From: Planctomycetota bacterium
GTDB lineage: Bacteria > Planctomycetota > PLA2 > JAEUHO01
DNA length: 64,000 bases
NCBI GenBank assembly: GCA_965222115.1
Contig: CBDCTJ010000007.1
Span: 1,088,001-1,152,000 of the forward strand
Direction: 5' to 3'
Positions within the stretch are counted from its first letter, which is position 1. Each line of letters opens with the position of its first letter. The translations under genes and the position numbers were made by a program. Of the stretch, positions 58,063 to 64,000 are shown one piece after another. A model generated the notes under the pieces. That model ran no database searches. It was not told the origin of the DNA and saw only the letters and a program-made list of their open reading frames with translations.

Positions 58063-59211
58063 ATGCGGGGGTTGCTAATCATCGTTGGCCTGGCGCTGTT
58101 GGGTGTGTCGCTGTGGTGGGGAACAAGCCGACGCGATCCATTGCCCATTCGAACCGAGCCCGAGCGGCCATCGAGAACCGTTGCGCCAGCGGCGGATGCC
58201 GCGGGCGGCGGTACGCCGGATCGCGACATAGGCGGTTTGCCCGCCTCCCAGTTCTGGATTCGTCGCGATTTCTTCCTTCCTGCGACCGATATGCCAACGG
58301 TGGCTGCCAGCGACGCCACCTACGTATCTCCATCCGAGGACGTGTTTGGCGTGGTCATCAACGACGAGGCGCGAGCCTATCCGATTCGGTTCCTTGCTTA
58401 TCACCACGTCGTCAATGACCGCGTCGCCGATGTTCCCATCGCGGTGACGTACTGAGTGATCTGTTCCTCGGGGATCGGATTCGATCCCGTCATACGCGGA
58501 CAGCGACTCACGTTCGGCTTCGAGGGCATATGGCAGGGAACTGCCCTGTTGTATGACCATCAAAGCACCTCATTTTGGATGCATCTCACCGGGAGGTGCA
58601 TTGAGGGAACGCACAAAGGCGTGACGCTTAACAAGTTGGCCACCGGGCGCCACACGACGTGGAGCGATTGGCAAGCCTTGCACCCAGAGACACGCGTGAT
58701 GGCGCGTGATCCCGCGTTGGAACCACGCGGGCGGCCTCGCCAGCATGCCTACTTCACGCGTCGTTCGTCGAGCAGTGGCGCGTCTTACTTTCCATCTTCG
58801 TTTCACTCAACCATTCAATCGCGTGACGACCGGCTGATGCTCCACAGCCTGCTTTATGGCATTACCGTGGGGGCGCGTGCACGCGCCTATCCGTTTCGTG
58901 CGTTGAGTTCGCATCCCGTCATCAACGAGCGCTTCGAGGATGTACCCGTTACGGTTTGGTATGACGCCTCCTCACGGTCTGCCGCGGCCTTTGATGCGCG
59001 CGTGGAAGGCAACGTGTTGGAATTTACGTACGCGAAGGACGGGACGATCTTGGATGCCGATACTCGCAGTCGTTGGACGATGGACGGGCACTGCGTCGAA
59101 GGGCCGTTTCAAGGCACTACGCTGACGCCCTTGCATGGACTTAAATCGGAATGGTATGGGTGGTTTGCCCACCATCCACAGACGACGGTGTACGGGGCGC
59201 GCCTTCGTTAG
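58063..59211 (+). CDS. DUF3179-family membrane-anchored protein, probable selenoprotein (in-frame UGA = Sec131, UxxC)
   Basis: ORFs 58021-58455 and 58456-59211 are contiguous in one frame; ARAYP..L.YH.VVND....PIAVTY*VICSSG...D, FG.EG..LLYD.QS.S.W, TTW..W...HP.T, W.GWFA.HP. Confidence 0.85.
58456..58493 (+). promoter_or_regulatory. Candidate bacterial SECIS element
   Basis: 7-bp stem GGGATCG/CGATCCC with GATT loop (58478-58481) 22 nt after UGA; lower stem GTGAT/GTCAT. Confidence 0.7.
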
Positions 59212-59216
59212 GCGCG

Positions 59217-60587
59217 CTATGGCGGGAGTAGGAACGGGGTGATGCGCTCGTATTCCGGGGCCATGGCGAGTCGATCCTCGTCATTGACATAGCCACGTGG
59301 ATGATGAGGCACTATGGGCGTTGTGTAGGGATTGCCGCGAGCGCGCGCCAGTGCGGCAAGTTGGTCGTTCATCACGTTGGTAGCGATGTAGGCCCCCGTG
59401 TGCGCATGGGCCCATGTTGCGGGTTGGGGCCTTGGAGATTGATCAATCAAGTTGAGCAGCGCCGATTCCAGCTCGTCGTCGTCGGCCAGCACGCCCCCGC
59501 TTGCAAGCACTTGATCTAAATTCACGCCGCGGTGGTGGCGATAAACGATGGTGGGGCAGTTGGCGAACCAACTCTCGTAAATTGCGCGATTGGCCCCCTC
59601 GCGTTTGCTCAACAAGACGGAGACGCGGCTTCGTTCATAGGCATCGATCACAACGTCGGCCGGTACATGGTTGAGAAATGTGCATTGATCATGAACGCCG
59701 ACGCGCTTGGCAACACGCTCCACGTCATTCATATCCCAGCTCAACGGATACCCGATCAACACCATGGAGAGCGCTCGCCCCGTCGATGCGTGGACACGCT
59801 TCACGGCCCGAAACAACAATTCGTGTCGCTTGAGCGGATCCCATGCTGACACCATGCAGATGTCCCACGCGTGGGGTTTTTCAAATGATGTGGGAAAGGG
59901 ATCGGGCCAAATCCAGTCGCCTGCGCCCAGGCGTGAAGGCATGAGATTGGAATTGAGACTCTCGATCCACGCATAGTCGATTTTGTTTTGCGCTTGCACT
60001 ACCACATCGGCATCGCTTCCGAGGTAGTACAAGAAGATCTCGTCCATATAGCCCCACGTACTCGGTTCGAGCACGAATTGATACGTCCGGCTTAGTGCTG
60101 CGAGGTCGTACATGGCAGCCGTGTGCTTAATGCCGTCGTTAAAAGTGACCAAGAGGACACCCTTTTCCCCGGTGGTGGGGTTGGCGCGCTTGAGAATGGT
60201 GAGGTCGCCCATTCGCGCCGCTGGCGAGTTCTCGCGCGCGTGGCGGGCACGCACTCGATCGTCGTGGGGGTAGGCGGCAAACTGTCGCCGTATGGCCGCC
60301 GCTTCATTGGAGTCGACCCACGCTCGGAGGATGGGATTCTCTTCAATCGTCACTTGAGCGCCATCGCGCCAGCAGGCCGAGGTGATGGCACCACGCACCA
60401 CGGTCTCTCGTTTCAACGAGAATTCGCCCGGTTTGGCGTGCTTCCAAGCGCGCAGCAGCCCTCGCAAGCCCCGCAGCAGGTCGCCGCCATTTATGTGTCT
60501 TGTTCCTCTGACAAAGGACTGCCATACAAACAACCGACGTAAGAGGGGGGAGGCGTACACCCGTTCCTGGATTGCGTGGCGATTCAC
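59217..60587 (-). CDS. Glycosyltransferase, GT-B fold (GT4-like)
   Basis: W.PLKRHELL, SKREGANRAIYE (Ex7E), CPTI. Confidence 0.8.
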   Translation of the reverse strand: MNRHAIQERVYASPLLRRLFVWQSFVRGTRHINGGDLLRGLRGLLRAWKHAKPGEFSLKRETVVRGAITSACWRDGAQVTIEENPILRAWVDSNEAAAIRRQFAAYPHDDRVRARHARENSPAARMGDLTILKRANPTTGEKGVLLVTFNDGIKHTAAMYDLAALSRTYQFVLEPSTWGYMDEIFLYYLGSDADVVVQAQNKIDYAWIESLNSNLMPSRLGAGDWIWPDPFPTSFEKPHAWDICMVSAWDPLKRHELLFRAVKRVHASTGRALSMVLIGYPLSWDMNDVERVAKRVGVHDQCTFLNHVPADVVIDAYERSRVSVLLSKREGANRAIYESWFANCPTIVYRHHRGVNLDQVLASGGVLADDDELESALLNLIDQSPRPQPATWAHAHTGAYIATNVMNDQLAALARARGNPYTTPIVPHHPRGYVNDEDRLAMAPEYERITPFLLPP

Positions 60588-60746
60588 GGTGCGGCGGGCG
60601 CTCCTAGATCGATTCGAGGGCTTGCCAGAGGCATTGGCGCGGCGACCGTGACGATGCGCAGGGCAGGTACGGCAGGAAGAGCGGCGATTCGATGGAATCG
60701 CTGCCTTGAACTTATCGGCATGATGCGACGCCGAAGGAGTACCGGT

Positions 60747-62369
60747 ATGTCTTGCAATCGGGTTTGCGCACCAAAGTGGGGTGTGGGATGCGGGCGCCGA
60801 CTCGCCGTATACGTCGCCATGGCGCTCGCGTTGAGTGTGATGGAGGAGCGTTCAACTGCTTGCGCCGGGCCGGGTACGGAAGCTGCAGCGCCTTCGCAGC
60901 TACCGTCTTCCGGCGCGCAGGCAGGTGGATCCTGGTCCGCGGCCTGGACAACGCCCAATCCCGGTGTGGGCGTACGTAGTTCGCGCGCTCGCCCCTCCAT
61001 GCTTCAAGCGTTTCCGCTGCGAACCGGCGGCACCACGCTGCATCCCGCTCCGCCTTTGGTACAGACGCCTCACGTGCTTCCTCCTCCCGTCACATCGACA
61101 CCCACAGCTCCGGCAGAGTCGACAGCCACGGTTGACGGGTCTTGGAAAGTTGTGCCCATCCCCGCCCGCCAACCCACCGCGCCGCGCGCCCCGATTCCTG
61201 CGCGCAATGAATCCGATACGGAACTCCCACCGCCCGGCGGTACGTGGTCGCCACCCGAGCCGCGGCACGGTGCGCCAAGTGCATCGCCTGGCGTACAACC
61301 TAAGGGCGTGTCTGGCACGGGAGGATTTGTAGAAACGCGTCCACCGTCATCCGCGTTGCCCCCCTACCGTGCACCGACAAATCCGATATCTCCTCAGCCG
61401 CCGGTCGCAGGTTGGGGACCCACGCCGCCTGCCGTAGCCATGCCGCCCGTAGGTCGCCCAGGCACGGTGGAGCAGCCAGTTTTTGACCATGCGCCGATCG
61501 GTGCTCCGAAGCGAAGCGCGCGTTCTGTACGACGCTCAGTGCCCCAACGCGCGGTTCCGCTTCAAACAATGCCGCGCGCGCGTCGTTCGGCAACTGCACG
61601 TGGTGCGGTGCGAGGGACAGTCGGCGGTGGACCTCAGATTGGTCACGGTGCATTTCGTCGGCCCGGCGTTTTGCGTCGCGCATCCGGCGATGCGCATGTC
61701 ATTCCCTGGCGAGGTGGCGACGTTCGAGAGCAAGGAGGGATGCAGCCGGCTGCCGACAGTGGGCTGCGCTTTCGATTCGCCGTGGGCGACAAAGTCAAAA
61801 TCGCCGTGTGGGGAGAGAAGGAGCTTGTGTCCGAGCAGGCCGTGTTGCCCGATGGCACCATTGTGCCCCCCTTGTTGGAACCGATGATGGTGAAGGGGCG
61901 CTCCATTTCGGACGTGCGCAACGACTTGATGCGGGGCTATGAGAATCACCAAGAGGTGGGGTCGCGCGACGTCATTCTCACCGTTTCGCGTCTGGGCGTA
62001 AAAGATCGCGCGTTCATTCTTGGCGAAGTTGGCGATGCGACGGCCGTTGAACTCACCGAACCGCGTACGTTGCTTCAAGTTCTCGCGGAGGCGGGCGGGC
62101 CCGTTGGCGGTGTCAGCGATTTGGAGCGCATTCGCGTTGTTCGTACTCGCAATCGAAGCGGTCGCCCCCAAGTCTTTCGCGTAAACGCCATGCGAATCAT
62201 GCAGGGGCGATTGCGTACGTTCATGATTCAGCCCGGCGACGTGGTGTATGTACCAGCGACGGGTACCGCCAGTTGGTCACGTGATATGCAAATGCGTCTC
62301 GCTCCACTTCAAACGTTGATTGGTGGCGCCGCGACCGCGGCCTTGGCGATTACGACAACCGGGCAGTAG
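60747..62369 (+). CDS. Polysaccharide export (Wza/OPX, Poly_export + SLBB) protein with long Pro-rich N-terminus
   Basis: AAGGAG SD; FAVGDKVKI, VLPDGTI..PLL, ILGEV, TLLQVLAEAGG, IQPGDVVYVP. Confidence 0.85.
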   Translation: MSCNRVCAPKWGVGCGRRLAVYVAMALALSVMEERSTACAGPGTEAAAPSQLPSSGAQAGGSWSAAWTTPNPGVGVRSSRARPSMLQAFPLRTGGTTLHPAPPLVQTPHVLPPPVTSTPTAPAESTATVDGSWKVVPIPARQPTAPRAPIPARNESDTELPPPGGTWSPPEPRHGAPSASPGVQPKGVSGTGGFVETRPPSSALPPYRAPTNPISPQPPVAGWGPTPPAVAMPPVGRPGTVEQPVFDHAPIGAPKRSARSVRRSVPQRAVPLQTMPRARRSATARGAVRGTVGGGPQIGHGAFRRPGVLRRASGDAHVIPWRGGDVREQGGMQPAADSGLRFRFAVGDKVKIAVWGEKELVSEQAVLPDGTIVPPLLEPMMVKGRSISDVRNDLMRGYENHQEVGSRDVILTVSRLGVKDRAFILGEVGDATAVELTEPRTLLQVLAEAGGPVGGVSDLERIRVVRTRNRSGRPQVFRVNAMRIMQGRLRTFMIQPGDVVYVPATGTASWSRDMQMRLAPLQTLIGGAATAALAITTTGQ

Positions 62370-62408
62370 GGCCCGTCGCTGAGTGGCAGGCATCTTTGTG
62401 CCGACCTG

Positions 62409-64000
62409 CTACGGTGTGTGAAACGTTGGCTCCTGCGCGGCGTGAATTGGGCGCGGTGGTGCCAAGCGTTCGATGAGTTGAAGCAGATCCGGCACCTGCA
62501 CCGGTTTGGTTAAGAATCCATCCATGCCCGCCGCGTGCGCACGTTCTTCGTACGACTTGAGTGCGTGTGCGGTAAGTGCGATAATGAGTGCGTGCGGTCG
62601 CCGTTCGCGCACCTGACGTTCGCGAATCTGTTGCGCCGCTTCAAACCCATCGAGCACGGGCATACGCAAATCGAGCAAGATGGCGTCAAAGCCCTCCTCG
62701 GCCTCGACGTAGGCCTCCACGGCTTGCTGGCCATTCTTCGCGATGGTTACCTGGTGTCCGCGCATCGACAGCAAGCGCGACTGAATGAGCGCGTTATCTT
62801 CACTGTCTTCCGCCAGGAGGATGCGAAGCGTGCGCGTGCGCGTCCGCGACGTGGCTTCGTGGCGTAGCGCTCGAGTTGACGGGCGTGAATTCCCACTTGC
62901 GTCGTTGTCCACATCAACGCCCGCGAGGGGAATGGCGAAGCGGAAGCAACTGCCAACGCCTTCACGACTGGTCACGGTCAGCGTGCCACCCATAAGTGAC
63001 GCGAGCGTCGCCGAAATGCTCAAGCCGAGCCCCGTACCCCCGAAGCGCCGCGCAGTGGATGTGTCGGCTTGCGTAAAGGCTTCGAAGATGGCATCACAAC
63101 GACTTGCCGGTATGCCAATGCCGGTGTCTTCAACATCGAAGGCAATGCGGCACGTTCCCGTGTTGTGACGTGCCTGTTCCACGACGCTCACGCGCGTGGT
63201 GACGCGCCCTTCCCGCGTAAACTTGATGGCGTTGCTCAACAAGTTCATGAGCACCTGGCGTATGCGTGCGGGGTCGCCTGTTGCGTGACGTGGAACGTCT
63301 TCGTGAATCTCTGAACGCAGCTTGATGCCGTTGCGCGTGGCCGCAACTTCAAACGCGGACACCACGTCGTGCACCAACTCGTGAACCAGAAACGGTGTAG
63401 ACTCAATTTCCATATGGCCCGATTCGGCCTTTGACATATCGAGCAGATCGTTGATGAGCCGCAGCATGGTCTCCGACGACGACTCAATGACACGCAGCTG
63501 CGATCGATACACCGATGATGGGTTGGAGCCCAGCATGAGTTGCGTCATGCCCAGCACACACGACATGGGTGTGCGAATCTCATGGCTGATATTCGCAAGG
63601 AACGTGCTCTTGGCCTCACTGGCGATGCGAAGTTCTTCTTTCTGCGCGAGGCCCTGCCAATACTGCCGGTGAAGCTGCGTGCCCAAGTAGATAAGAAATG
63701 CAAGATAGACAAGCAATGCCATGACGACCGCGGCGCCGTCGGGCACTTTGCCGCTTGCGGCGATGGCAACAATCGGCAGGAACAGTGCGGCGAGGTAGCA
63801 CCGGTGCGACAACAGTCGCACGCAGAGTGTGGACGTTCCGCCTGCGGCGATGCCCGCGGTGTAAATCAGCATCAGAAACGAGGGCCACGATACGCCGTAC
63901 GTATACAAGGTGAAGGCGCCAAACACGCCCCACATGGCACCCATGCCAACCGCCGCGACATCGAACACGCGCCGCGCCCACGCGGCTCGTGCGTGCATGG
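62409..64000 (-). CDS. Hybrid membrane sensor histidine kinase/response regulator, probably 5'-truncated by window edge
   Basis: TMs; ISHEIRTPM, NLLSNAIKF, DTGIGI, GGTGLGL; receiver AED, LDLRMP, LTKP. Confidence 0.93.
   Translation of the reverse strand, partial: MHARAAWARRVFDVAAVGMGAMWGVFGAFTLYTYGVSWPSFLMLIYTAGIAAGGTSTLCVRLLSHRCYLAALFLPIVAIAASGKVPDGAAVVMALLVYLAFLIYLGTQLHRQYWQGLAQKEELRIASEAKSTFLANISHEIRTPMSCVLGMTQLMLGSNPSSVYRSQLRVIESSSETMLRLINDLLDMSKAESGHMEIESTPFLVHELVHDVVSAFEVAATRNGIKLRSEIHEDVPRHATGDPARIRQVLMNLLSNAIKFTREGRVTTRVSVVEQARHNTGTCRIAFDVEDTGIGIPASRCDAIFEAFTQADTSTARRFGGTGLGLSISATLASLMGGTLTVTSREGVGSCFRFAIPLAGVDVDNDASGNSRPSTRALRHEATSRTRTRTLRILLAEDSEDNALIQSRLLSMRGHQVTIAKNGQQAVEAYVEAEEGFDAILLDLRMPVLDGFEAAQQIRERQVRERRPHALIIALTAHALKSYEERAHAAGMDGFLTKPVQVPDLLQLIERLAPPRPIHAAQEPTFHTP

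Noticed and set aside
58021-59211. Two separate genes or a nonsense pseudogene at the DUF3179 locus
   Set aside because: Same frame with zero gap, the stop falls on a motif Cys position, a SECIS-like hairpin follows, and both halves are intact; Sec read-through is more parsimonious, though a sequencing error is not excluded
1-64000. Genome-wide UGA reassignment (Trp/Gly)
   Set aside because: Many genes end at TGA with ATGA/GTGA coupling (1954, 20064, 21062, 22930, 34505) and Trp is encoded by TGG

Overview
GC-rich, gene-dense bacterial chromosomal window with about 47 CDS. Gene content points to a Planctomycetota/PVC organism (double-length UvrA, mcsA-mcsB-clpC without ctsR, HEAT-vWA, VIT-vWA, YdjY-like and carboxypeptidase-regulatory-domain proteins); this taxonomy is inferred, not shown. 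I found no rRNA, tRNA, CRISPR array, prophage or transposase. Housekeeping genes: moeA, uvrA, apgM, lnt, dgt, dtd, thiE, ino1, clpC, mcsB, mcsA, murD. The top signal is a membrane-anchored DUF3179-family gene that the ORF track splits at an in-frame TGA (58453-58455). That codon sits where the first Cys of the family CxxC motif lies (VTY-UGA-VIC) and is followed by a bacterial-SECIS-like hairpin, so this is very likely an extracytoplasmic UxxC selenoprotein. Other notable items: a ~170-bp MITE inserted into a CTAG shared by two convergent stop codons; a porin with Cys at predicted periplasmic turns; a Tat-exported PaoABC-like molybdoenzyme with a coupled small Cys-rich fourth gene; a MoaD/ThiS + BNR-propeller + signal-less BtuF-like operon; an orphan NuoEF fusion coupled to moeA; and several apparent pseudoenzymes (DnaB-like, histidine-kinase-like, NAT-like Cys->Ser, ferritin-like). 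All family calls come from motif recognition by eye; no searches were run.
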